Assembly: GCA_012295275.1 (NCBI GenBank)
Contig: CM022673.1
Span: 16,058,001 to 16,122,000, forward strand
Direction: 5' to 3'
DNA length: 64,000 nucleotides
Origin: Chrysomallon squamiferum
Taxonomy: Eukaryota > Animalia > Mollusca
Below are positions 13,301 to 26,616 of this stretch, in pieces (position 1 is the first letter of the stretch; each line of letters begins with the position of its first letter). The position numbers and the translations under genes are program-made. A model generated the notes under the pieces. The model was not told the origin of the DNA and made no database searches. It saw nothing but the letters and a program-made list of their open reading frames with translations.

Positions 13301-13821
13301 ATTGGTTTGTCTTTAGATGGTATATTTGAGAACATTACCTATTTTTGTTTTATCAAAGGTCTAGGTCAAAGAGTGTGTCTAGAAGCCGCAGTAGAAGCCG
13401 AAGCAGGCGCAGGAGTCGCAGCCGATCTGATCGCCGAAGAAGTTTGAGCAGAAGTCCAAGTCGTAGTCCCAGAATGAGCAGGTAAATGTCTTCAGTTGAC
13501 GACATTTATGTAAAATCTTAGCTTACCTCTTCAATTTTATACTGGTTTTAAAACTGACAATAAAATACATTGCCCACTGCATGTTAACTTGAGTATATTA
13601 ACTATGTATATTTTGCAGTGATTGATATTCCATGTTGGCAGAAAATCATACCTAGCTTAATACTCAAACTGAGTAAACTCAAACTGTATACTAAAGTAAT
13701 ACCAATTACATGTTAACCTTAGTGATACCTAAAATATTTTACTAAATGTGTAATTGAACTTTTTTCTGTTGCCTTCAGATCCCGATCGCGAGATGATCGC
13801 AAGGATGACCATGCAGATTGA
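10361..13821 (+). CDS. SRSF7: Serine/arginine-rich splicing factor 7 (9G8)-like: RRM, CCHC zinc knuckle, RS domain; 196 aa
   Basis: Exons 10361-10572 ([24 protein letters not shown]), 10682-10894 (GARVRVE...[16 protein letters not shown]), 13359-13481 (RS repeats) and 13779-13821 (TGA). All introns are GT-AG and the frame stays open over 591 nt. Confidence 0.95.
11855..12385 (+). other. Putative poison (PTC/NMD) cassette exon of SRSF7
   Basis: Pyrimidine tract plus GCAG acceptor at 11854 and GTAAGT donor at 12386. Spliced after the zinc-knuckle exon it reads AG|A CTT TAA (stop 11859-11861). Distinctly GC/CpG-richer than the flanking intron. Occupies the same intron as the known SRSF7 poison exon. 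Confidence 0.8.
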
Positions 13822-14445
13822 GTTAAGTCTGCATCTGACAAAACAACTGGACTTCAGTCTGGTAAAATCATTTCACATGTACAGAACTTTAATCATTAGA
13901 AGAAAAATGTTGTAGTTTAACAACTGCATATACATTAATTGCAAACATTTTGTGCCACCCACTTGTTTTATTGACAGTTACAGGATTTTTTAATTGAGAT
14001 TTCTACCGTGTTTTTTTTTATTTTTCTGATGCCTATTTCAGCTATATTCATTTCAAAATGTTAGAAAAGCTTCATTATTTGCTGCCCTGTAAGATCGTTG
14101 GCACTGATTGGTAACTAAACAATTTTGCTGAATATTCATAATCAGATTTAAGGGAAGCTTTCATGTATTAAAACAAATACTTTTATTTTTAGAAAGTGCA
14201 AACATTAACAGGTTTTGACAAATTTGCTGTTATACCTGACATAATATTGATTTTACTTCTATATACTGATTACTAGAAAATTAGTGGCTCAAGATCAGGT
14301 GAAAAAGAAACTTGGTTGAATATATCATTCTGCATTTTTAAGTTTCATAAACACATATATATATATATATATTCCATAAAAATGTTATCCATATATATAT
14401 ATTAGTAGGTAAAAGTAACACTGTAGTTTTGTATCAGTTTTTAAT

Positions 14446-14600
14446 AATAAAGATTGCAAAACAATGGATTAGTTTTTTCTTTTTAAATATTCATTTTATT
14501 TTTCATCATTTGCACATTTGAAAATTATGTAAATTATGATTTATGCTTCAGTTTGAAATAAAAATGTTGTCATTGTTTTGTCAGTGTTTTGTTCTTGTTG
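14446..14600 (+). terminator. Candidate SRSF7 polyadenylation signals
   Basis: AATAAA at 14446-14451 and 14557-14562; the second is followed by a GT-rich tract. Confidence 0.5.
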
Positions 14601-15755
14601 AAGTTGAGAATCCAGATGTTGAAAAAAAAAAAACTGATTACTTGGTGAACTGGTATTTCTAATCATAATGTAATTATTTGTAATATTCCCCCAAAAAAAA
14701 AAAAAAAAAAAACTTTCAGTGTAAACATTTTTGAAGAGAACTTATGCAGTTAAACTTAGTGAGAACTTTTTTCGTACATGCCAATAGAAGAGAGAGATAA
14801 TGTATTATTTAAATTCATACATTTTCAATTGTTTGCCATGTTTATAAAAAATAAAAATAAAGTATGTGTGTATATGTGGATATTTTGGTATAATTTAAAT
14901 GAGTGAAAATTTTTAATAATGCATTGACATCCTTTGTTATTTGATCACTTCAGGGTTCATTCAACTGAACTGGATTGTTTAGTACAAATAACATATAACT
15001 AAAAAGTTGTAAGTGTTATTTTATCTTATTTACTAACAAAAACCAAATGGTTTTCTTGAAAAACAAACTTGTCATGAAATTGTTCTGAGTAAGGTATGGT
15101 TTCTCCATAAAAACAAATCGCATGAAGTGATAGTGTTGAGTTGATACAAGGGTGTTCTTACTGCTGCAGCCATAAGTTTTAATTTAGTTTATTTTTTTAT
15201 TATTATTTGTTATTGTTATTTTATTTTATTTATTTATTTATTTATTTATTTTTTTTTTTTTTTATTATTATTTGTTCAGCTGTTGTAGTTTTTTTTTTTT
15301 TTTTTTTTCATTCGCTTTTGTTTTTTAATTGCTTATATCAAGAGTTCTTTCACAAGTAGCTTCCAGAAGAGGAGGAAATAATAATAGATGAACAGTGACA
15401 GACTGAAAATCAAAGTGGTTTTAGTAAGAAATGTGGTGTTTCAGCAACCTCTTACCAGCTCCAGAATTCCATTAACTTCGGCACAAATTCCGCAACAACG
15501 ACGTCTGAGCTAAACAAAATCCTAGATTTACCAAACTTGGGGTTTACACTGATTACTCACATATCCACGCACACGCTGATGAATTGGGTTTACGTTTTAT
15601 TAAAAGTTGATAGGAGTACCGAGGTATTTCGAAACATTACGTAACTACTAATATTGTTTTTATTTCCCACCCCCTTAAACTGCATTTATATATAATTAAT
15701 TCTAATCGAAATAAAAATTTATTTTTGTTCCGTTTATGATAAAAAATAATTATTA

Positions 15756-15794
<39 letters not shown>

Positions 15795-18700
15795 CGGTTT
15801 CCATTAGAACAAAGTATCAAAGGCAATTTTATGTCAAATTTTTAAAAATATTTAATAAAACGACGGTATCCTGAAAACGTTTACGTAAGTGCCAGTACAA
15901 GAAATGTTGGCAGAAATGCTCTTTAACAATGCACTCGTCACGCTTTTAATAAAGGTAACAATAACGGTTAAGGATTACACAAATAATAAGGTGAGGCAGC
16001 GAGGGGTTGTTTTTGTTAAGCCAACCTTGAAGCGCTGCTTGGAACAGACACCATCGAGAATTGACACTGCCACCAACAGTGTCTCATATATCCTAGCAAG
16101 AGTACATATATAGAACTGACTGTGGTTCTGTTACCGAATGTATGATTATTTAATGCCATGTGCGATTTTTATTAATCAATATGTTAATCCAGTATGACAA
16201 AAAAAAAAAAAAAAAATTTGAGCAATAATGATTTTTGTTTCTCGTATCATTATTAATAAAAAAAATGTTTTTTGAGGGTTTTTTTGTGTCTGTAATTAAC
16301 AGCAATCTCTTAATCATCTTCTCTGTAGTTATTAAACTACTTACGTTGGACACTGGTTAGAAGAACTGTGAAAATCACAAAACAAGCGTATTTGGGATGA
16401 TTGAACCGGCGACTCAATATTCCATAGACAATCTTCTAATCTGTCCACCACAGAGACCTCCATGGTGACTGGACTGTTTACATACTGTTAAAATCCTGCT
16501 GTGTGCTGTTTGTATTTATGGAAACCACACGGATTAAAGTATAAATTAGACCTGTAGTTGGCATACGGAAACACTAAATATTAACTGATCATGTATATAT
16601 CGAGATTTTTCGTCAATGCCCCTCGCAGATTCATTGTTTTGTAAACTATTAAAAATATTTTTAAATATGTATCAACAGGAAATATAATAAGAAGCATGAT
16701 TTTTTTTAATTTATATTTTATAAATAAGATAAAGTAATGCCTTTTTATATTTTTATTATTACAAAAATTTTTTTCTCCATACGTATGATTAGTTACATAA
16801 AATAAAAAGGGTTTCTTTCTGCACTGTTTAAGTGTGGTTTAAAAGCATTTATAATGTTAGAATGTTTAATTATTATGGGGAAAAAAAATATATATACTAT
16901 AACTGTGTATAGATAGATGGACAGACAGACAGAGAGATAAATTGTTTTAAATTTACACGTGCTATAGTTACTTCAGTTGCTTTTATTTTTATTCTTCAGA
17001 ACCTCCTTTACTAATAATAAATTACTTATTTTTACTATCCAAACTGCGTTTTAACATTGAAAAAACTAAATATAACTGTCAAAACAGATGACAACAAATA
17101 TCTGTATTCGGAAAAGTGAACTTCATATTGAAACTATTTAATAAGAAGTTGACAGGAAATAAAGGTCGCTGTATGAACTTCCCGGTAATAATTTGAGACT
17201 AATAATTATAATTTACTTGTTTCATGTCTGTTATTCGTGTTTTCCATATGTAGCAACAGTTGCGGTTTATAACTTGCTTTCCTTATGATGTGGCTTTGAT
17301 TATTCGAACAAATTAGCTCTACTGTGTCGTCAAAACCTAATGTAAAAGTGACATGGAAATATAATATTATATAATGTATTTAGACGGTTTGTTTATAGCC
17401 ATCAAAAGTTACGCTTTTAACAAAAATGAGCTAATGCAGTGTAATGAGTAAAGTTTCTCTTAGATTTTGTTTTTAACTGATTGACTGGTTGGTTGGTTGG
17501 TTGGTTTTGATTTGATTTGATTTGATTTATTAATATATTTTATTTTGTTCTGTATCATTTTTTTATTTTTTTATTTTTTTTTTATTTTATTTCATTTCAT
17601 TTTATCTCATTTCATTTCATTTTATCCCATTTCATTTCATTCATTAATCAGTGTCGTTGAGGTTTGTGATTTTTATAGTGGTGCTTGTCGTTGTATTTGT
17701 TGTTGTTGTTCATGTTGTTTTTATTGTGATTGTATATTTTAGTTTCTTAGACATAAGTCAGATCTTTCCTGAAAACATTTTGTGAATATTTAATCTCGTT
17801 CCCTTTGATTTTTCCAGCGGCATTTAGCTTTCTTAGAAAGACAAGATACAAACCAAAATATGTTAAATAAAGAAAACTGCTGTTTTGCAGACAGTATTCT
17901 TTATTATAGACGAAGCTTTATTCACTAGCTAATTCTAAGTGTGGCATTTCTATGCTGGAAGAAACACGCCATCTTAAAACCTGTACGAAAGCGTGAAGAA
18001 CAATTACTACATCGATAACAACTACTACTATTACTACACCTACAGCAACTGCTAATACCACCACAAAAGTAGCTACTACTACTAGTACTCTTTCTACTAC
18101 AATTACTCCTACTACAACTACCATTACTACTGCAACTCTTACCATACTACTGACACCTCCGATCCTGTTAATACTACAACAAAACAACAATTACTAGAAC
18201 CACTAATACTATTACTACTACTTCTACACCTACTATTGATACTAATGCTGCTAGTGCTATCAATAGCACGATTACCTATCTAGCTACTTATCTATCATCT
18301 ATCTCTCTCTTTCTATCTATCTATCTGTGCATCCATCTCGCTCTATCGATCTATTTATCTATCTATACTGATCTTTTTTTCATTATCGAATAATATATTT
18401 TAACACAACCTAAGGAAATTGGACTTACCGACAGTTACATCATAACATTCACAGTCTCTAAATAAGAAGATACATTCTGTTTCTGAAATAGGTTCTGTCT
18501 ATATTATGGCGCTAATAATTATCATAATATATATTTTTTTATGCTTCAAGTATACTGTTTTATTTGATTTTCCTTTCTAACAGTAATATATAACAACTTT
18601 TTCTAGTCCTTGGCGACTGATGATTATTATTATTATTATTATTATTATGACGTTATGACATCATTCAAGATAGAGAAATGACGTCATCAGTTATTATCCT

Positions 18701-19701
18701 TTATTAGTAATAAAGGTTGCTTCCTTTCATAATGATAAAGAGAATATGTGTGTGTATGTGAATATACTATACACACATGCATATACACGTACGTACATAC
18801 AAATTTATATTTAAACTTGCGCTTACAATGCCATTACCAAAAAAAAAGTCATTTGCAAAATAGAAAATATATTTTAGAATCTGTTGTGTAATAAATATTT
18901 CATATGAAAAAATATTTAAATGTCATTCAAAATATTCAGTAAGGAAGCTTTTAATTACATAAAAATGTACAGCTGAAAATGGTGAGACTAATTTGATATT
19001 GCCAAAAATGCACATATAATTGTAATTTATAAAACAAAAATGCAAGGAGTAATTTAACTGAAAACATCGCATCTGATTTAAAAAAAAAAAAAAAAAAATA
19101 ATAAAAAAAAAAAATTAAAATTTGAACACTTAAATAATATTTAAAGAAACAAAATATAAATACATAAAGAATTTGATTTTAAAAATTTAATAAAATCAAA
19201 ACACATTATAATAATAACATTACCAAAAGATCAAAAAAGCTAAACCACGTTAATTCGGTAAATCACAAAACTGAAAACACGATTTACAAGAGAAAAACAA
19301 TCTAAATAAATAAATAATACAACATATAAGACAATATCAAATTTAAAATACTTTACTAATTTAAAGAAAGAAAAAGAAAAAAAAACACCCAGAACAAAAA
19401 TTATTTTAGATTTGTACAATAACATAGATAACCATGGCCGTAACTAGATTTGTTTTGAAACGAGGCAAAAACAATTCGTTAATCGCCAATCGGAGCAAAC
19501 AGATTTGTACGAGGTGACTGAAAGACGCAAAATTCTCGATTCTAGCAATTTACATTTTGTATTTCTTAAATAAAATAGTTGTAAAAAGAAAATAAAATAA
19601 AAGGAAAAATATCACTAAAAATTGAAAAAGGTGAATTTAAATTTATAATCCAGCGATCTAAAACATACACAAAACTGAAAATGGACAAACTTGATAAAAT
19701 G

Positions 19702-19750
<49 letters not shown>

Positions 19751-20180
19751 TAAAAAAATATAGTTACGCTTTAAAAAAATAACTAAAATAGAAACACGCT
19801 TTAAAAAAAGAACTAAAATAGATCTTGACAATAAAGATCTTTTGATATCAAAAAAACTGTCATTGTTACTTTACGAATTGTTAAAAACTGTTTTACGAAA
19901 CGATTTAACAGCTGCTGTCAGAAAACAATCGTCATTTTCCGGCAGTTTTCGACACCGTCAGGTCATCTTCTTCGTAAAGTCAGGTAACTTGTGTTGTTTT
20001 GAGGAAACACGTACAAGATCTGTCTACCGGGTCACCAGGTGCAGATCTGCTCGCTTGTCCGTTGTTTCCTGATACCACAAGCGCTGCACCCCTAGGCGCT
20101 TGTTATTTACTTGTCAACCGACTTTCTCATTCGCAGGACGTCCGTATAATCTTAGACAATGTAAGTAGCCTTACCAATAC

Positions 20181-20182
<2 letters not shown>

Positions 20183-20260
<78 letters not shown>
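20183..20260. repeat. (GA)n microsatellite
   Basis: Perfect GA run. Confidence 0.95.
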
Positions 20261-20263
<3 letters not shown>

Positions 20264-20854
20264 AATCAACAATTAAATAATGACAGAAGAAGAAAAAATG
20301 AAAAGAAAAGCTATACTACTATTATATTATATTTGATTAAAATTTAAATTAACTTCTTGTAGATTAATTGTATTATAGATGAATTATAGATAAGATTGTG
20401 ATTTTATATACTACTATTTTTTTAATTATTTTATTTTAGTTCAGTTTAGTTCATCTAATCTTATTTTCTTTTATTCGAATTTATTTTATTTTATTATTAT
20501 TTTTTTAATATTTACTTTCTATTCATATATTTTATTTATTTATTGTTTTGTTTTTGTTGTGTTTTTTTAATTTTTGCTTTTTTTAAATTTTGTATTTATT
20601 GCACTGATTAAAAAAATAATAATAATTGAACTTAATAATTCATTTTTATTGAATGATTTATTTAATTTTACCATAATTCTTATATTTTATTGCAATTATT
20701 ACATTTTTCTAAAAGAAATTTTAGTTTGAATAAATTATATTTATACAAAGTTTCATGTTTTTACATGAATAATAAACAAATAACAAGCCTTAACAAATTT
20801 TTATTGTAATATTTTTATATCTTTCTCCTTTTTATTTCTTTTTTTTTTACTCGT

Positions 20855-20889
<35 letters not shown>

Positions 20890-21381
20890 CTTGCTTGCTT
20901 ACTTATTTATTTTCCTATAATATTTTAATCGTAAAAATACATTTTTCAATCAAATATCTATGAAATAATAAAATAAAAAGATTTTGTTCCTGTAGTCACA
21001 ACAGAGTTTCTTCGGTTAATTAAATAGCGAAATATCAGGCAAACAAAGTAAAAAAAAAAAATCTTTTTTGAAGTTTTTTCTTTTTTAAAATTTTGTTTCC
21101 TTATTTTTGTTTTGTCTTTTTCCTTTTTACCCTTAAAGGGAACAGAAATGATTTCTATGTGGGGTTTTTTGGTATGTTTTTTTTTTGTTGGTTTTATTTT
21201 TTGTGTGGAGGAGGGGTCTTTTTTAATAACTAAATAAATACAAATATGTAAGTAAATAAATAAATAAATAAATAATAATGACGGTAATAATAATAATACA
21301 ATAATAATAATAATAATAACAGCAATAATAATAATACCAGTAATAATGTTAATCCTGATTTTTATTATGATTATGATTACG

Positions 21382-21441
<60 letters not shown>

Positions 21442-22722
21442 GCACCTACTTAAGATTGTTTAGATGTTTATTCGTTATGTTTTTTTTATTTTTTTTTTTT
21501 AGTTTTCTTCGTTTTAAAGAAATACTAAAAGACACATATACCGATTAAGCCTTTTTTCTCAGTAATAAAATACAGATCAAACTGAAAAAAAAAAAAACGC
21601 TTAATTCTTTATGATTATCATCAATAACTGAATGAAAATTCTTATTAAATATTAACTGTAAGTAGAATTATTTGCTATTTAATAGAAAAAAAACAACGAC
21701 AAATTAATTTTGTAAATTAAAATACAGCTATATTATTATTTTATTTGTTTTTTTATCTGTCTGTCTAGCAATCCATAATCTTATTATTATTATTATCACT
21801 ATCGTTATTTTATATTGTGGTTATCATCATCATTTTTTTAATATTATTATCATAATTGTTATATTCATTATTATTATTATTATTACTACTACTACTACTA
21901 TTCTACTACTACTACTACTACTACTACTACTATTACTACTACTAGCACTACTACTACTAAGAACATTTAATTTATTTAATATACGGCAAGAAATTACGCA
22001 CTAGTCTGGTTTATTTTTTCAACAACCATTATTTTAAATTATTGCTTTGTTTGTCCTGCCTGTGGGTCAATAACACGAAACACTGTAATAGTAAGGGGCT
22101 CGGCGGGGAAGTAAAATTGTTAACAAATAAAATAGGAAGTAATATTTTAAACCAATTATCACACGTACAGGCTGAATACCGAGCAATGGGATTATTTTTT
22201 TCTTTTTTTTTTTATTCTTATAACTACTGTGACAAGATCTTGATTGAATATATATATTAAAATTAAAAAAAAGTTTATTTTCGTTTTAGTCATGATTATT
22301 ATTACATAAAACTGAAATAAATTTTAAATCTGAAATATATCATTATATATTAAAAAGAATACAGGCTTCAAACAGAGAAAGAAATAACGTATACATACGT
22401 CAGAACATAGACAGACAGACAGACAGACAGACAAGTCGTACGTATTTACGTAAATGCGTACATACGTACGGGACTTACGTAAGTATGTGTGTCTGTCTGT
22501 TTGTACGTACGGACAATCAAATACATATATAAATGGAATGTTTTAAATTAATTTAGTTTTTAACATTTTCAAAACGACTCAAAAACTTAAGCGTTAATTG
22601 AGCAGATTGAACAATGTTGAGAACAATGAACAACTGTGAAGTACAAATTGATGACGAAATTTATTGCTATTTATCCCAAAGATTACTGAATTTTTTTAAC
22701 TGCGTTACTCAAAAGTGTTTCG

Positions 22723-22831
22723 AATAATAATAATAATAATAATAATTATTATTATTATTATAATTATAATAATAAGAACAATAAGAATAACAATAACAAC
22801 AACAACAACAATAATAATAATAATAATAATA

Positions 22832-22897
<66 letters not shown>

Positions 22898-22917
22898 GTT
22901 GTTGTTGTTGTTGTTGT
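22723..22917. repeat. Compound (AAT)n/(AAC)n/(ATT)n/(GTT)n trinucleotide microsatellite with an orientation switch
   Basis: Direct reading; source of the poly-I and poly-N ORFs. Confidence 0.9.
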
Positions 22918-23095
22918 AGCAAAAAACAAAAAACAAACAACCCCAAAAAACAGCAACAACAACCGTAACAATAATAATTACAATAAATGAAATAATTATT
23001 TCTTTTCATTTTCATAAAGCTTTAGATCGTTTATTATCGAATATTATTTTTATTTTATTTTTAATCTGCATATTATCGAATTAATTTACAAACAA

Positions 23096-23143
<48 letters not shown>

Positions 23144-23317
23144 AACCGTAAAGGAACAAAAAAAAAATCCAAAACATCAACACCAACTGTAAGAATAATA
23201 ATTATAATAAATGAAATAATTATTTCTTTATTTTTCATAAAGAATTTAGATAGTCCATAATCTTTATTTTATTTTTAAATCTGCATATTATCGAATTAAT
23301 TTACAAATTATTATTAC

Positions 23318-23404
<87 letters not shown>
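23318..23404. repeat. (TG)n(GA)n microsatellite
   Basis: Direct reading. Confidence 0.95.
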
Positions 23405-23408
<4 letters not shown>

Positions 23409-25451
23409 CAACAAAAACGAACGGTAGTAATTCACCATGCAATTTTTTTTTATCTATTTCCAATTGTTTTATTGGCGTATTTACAAAACAGGCGGAGCTT
23501 CTTATCGGTGGGCGGAGCAATCTACCCGCCCTTAAGAACTATTATAATATGACCCGCAATAGTCTTTTCCTGGAAATTGCCTGTACATTCATATCAGTTC
23601 CTATTTCACTGAAATAATATCCGCTACAGCGTGAGTCAACCTGTATGAAGTAAATACAAAGAACGTGTCTATGTGAGTACATAAATATAAATATAAATGT
23701 AAAATTATATTTCTTCTACTAATTATTTATTATATAATTTAACTGTGGTAGTGATGAAGCGGATGAGGATGATCAAGATGATTGTTTAGTCAAAAAAGAA
23801 GCAAACTGTTAACATTAAGGATGGTTACGAATCTACGTACACGAAAACACCTGGTGACCCAATTATTTTATTTTATTTTATCCTGGTTGCCATAGAAATA
23901 TGCTAAAACATCAAATTCGCGTTGAAGATTATGTAGATGTTATTCATTAGCAGGAACTTCTTTTTCTGAAAAATTCAACGAGTACGACAACAGCAACAAT
24001 AACAACAAGACACACCCATCAGTTTAATCCATAATGACATAGGAATTTCGGATCACCCAATCGTAGTAGCCTTCTTAAGGAGGAAAGTAATTATATTTGT
24101 AATAAGTTAGGCCACACCAATAACTGCTGAAGCTGGATTATGTCATGTGTACGCGATATGCAAGGCACGTGTAGAAATATTGTTCTCTTGATAATTTATA
24201 TCAGCGCTTTTAATGAAAATTCTTTTATTAATTTTTGTAATACGGTATTACAGCTTTATGCTCGAGAGTAAATTAGTTTTTCTTTGTATGTAAGGCCTGA
24301 GTACACGTGAAAAAACGTGAAGCTGTTCTCTCCACCTGGCGTATGTTGTTGTCATATTTTATTTTATTGTTATGAAAGCATTATTTACATTAAAATGTAT
24401 GTAATTTCTGAAAATAATACAAAAGAGTACTATTCCGACTGCAACTATTACCACCAGTACTAGTACTACTATCACTACAACTCCTACTGCTACTACTGCT
24501 AATACTAATAATACTATTAATACTACTACTACGATGACTACCATTACTATAATTTCTACAACTATTGCTATAGATAATACTATTAATATTACTACTGCAA
24601 CCACTCTTATTAATACTGTTTTATTACTACTACTGCTTCTCGTACTAGTGTTGTCACTACTAAACTGCCATTTCTACTAATAAATAATACCACAACTACT
24701 CTTAGTACTATCATTACTTCTACTGTTACTATGTTATTACTACTGCTACTGTTACTGCTACTATTACTACTGCTACTGTTACTGCTACTATTACTACTAC
24801 TACTGTTACTGCTACTATTACTACTACTTATTCTACTAATAAAAAGTTAAACATATCGAACTTAAATAAATTAAATTTACAATTTATTAAAATGTCCTTC
24901 AATGATGAAAATACAATATTTCAAAACATAACATTTAAATATTGTGGTGGGTTAGAACGTGTTTTTTTTTTTTTTTTTTTTTTTTTGTTGTCTTTTTGTT
25001 GTTTGTTTTTTTGTTGTTTTGTTGTTTCTTTTCATCTGAGAACGTGATTTTGTATCACAAATGACTGAAATATATAACATTTGTACACGTTCCGAAAACT
25101 GAATTAAATGACCTGTAAGCGGTGAATAGACCTGTTCACAAAAATCTAAATGTGTCCTTTGAATTACTTGGGAAAAAAACCCGCTACGAACTTTTTTTCG
25201 AACCCAATACAAACAGGATTCTAATCCAAGTGTTGTATTACTCACCTGAATGGCTCATTTGATAGTCTGCGGTAGTAAAATTAACGTGCTGGATTTTTAG
25301 GGGGAATCACCTAAAGCGGCTTAACATAATTATTCTAATGTGACATTTAGTTAGCACGTTGTTAAATGAAGAATGTCTAATTGAGTCTGGTTGATATTTG
25401 TGATAACAGTTCTTCGTTTGGTTTATTTATAGTTTTCTTAATTATTTTATT

Positions 25452-25529
<78 letters not shown>

Positions 25530-25893
25530 TTTATTTTTATTTTTATTTTTTAATTTTTTATTGTAACTGTTGAAAAGCAGCATCATGACTTTTACAGTAA
25601 TAATACAACTGTAATAGTGTAAGTGGAAGAAATCATTTGCGTATAATAATCGATTTAGCTGTTTTTAGCCTAATACTTGAAATCCTCACGTATATAACAT
25701 TTTTCTTTACATATTTATTTTTATTTCTTAACAACTTTATATATTGTTTCTTATTTATTTATTTATTTGTTTATTATATATTATATTATATTATTTTTTT
25801 TTATCTCAGTTGACTGTAATATATTGTAATTTAAAAAAAAAGAACAATGTAATGCACCCAGAATCTTAGCACATATAAATTTTATTTCCATCA

Positions 25894-26400
25894 ACAAAAT
25901 TACAAATATCAGTTTTTGTATCTTTGACAGTATAGCAAATATCGTTTTATTGTATTAAACAGTATCTCAAATATTCGTTTAATGTTTCCAACGGTACCGT
26001 AAATATCCGTTTTAATGTTCTCAACAGTATCGAAAATATCCGTTGTAATATCTTCATCAGTATCGCAAATATCCGTTTTAACGTTTTCAACAGTATCGTA
26101 AATATCGATTTTGTTGGCTTAAACAGTATCGCAAATATGTTTTAATATCTTTAACAGTACTGAAAATATACGTTTTATTGTCTTAAAGAGTATCGCAAAT
26201 ATCCGTTTTAATGTTTTCAATAGATTCCGCAAATATCCATTTTAATGTTTTCAATAGTATCGCAAATATCCGTTTTAATGTTTTCAACAATATCGCAAAT
26301 ATCGATTTTGTTGGCTTAAACAGTATCGCAAATATGTTTTAATTCTTTAACAGTATCGCAAATATCCGTTTTAATGTTTTCAACAATATTACAAATGTTT
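25894..26400. repeat. ~33-bp minisatellite, ~15 copies (consensus ACAGTATCGCAAATATCCGTTTTAATGTTTTCA)
   Basis: Contiguous diverged tandem units aligned by eye. Confidence 0.9.
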
Positions 26401-26572
26401 AGCGTCGCCTGTAAAACTCAGTTTGCGACTATAAAAGCAACATTAGCTTTTTAAAATCGCATTTTTATCATTTTTATAATTTATGTTAATACAAACAGAA
26501 AAATTAATTTCTTGATTGTAAGACGTGTTTTGCTGAACACATCATTGTAACCCAAGAAAACCCAAGAAAATG

Positions 26573-26616
<44 letters not shown>

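Noticed and set aside
15889-16113. 74-aa ORF in a GC-balanced block
   Set aside because: GTG start, no recognisable motif and no consistent exon chain.
25894-26400. CRISPR-like array
   Set aside because: Units are contiguous without unique spacers, the context is eukaryotic, and there are no cas genes.
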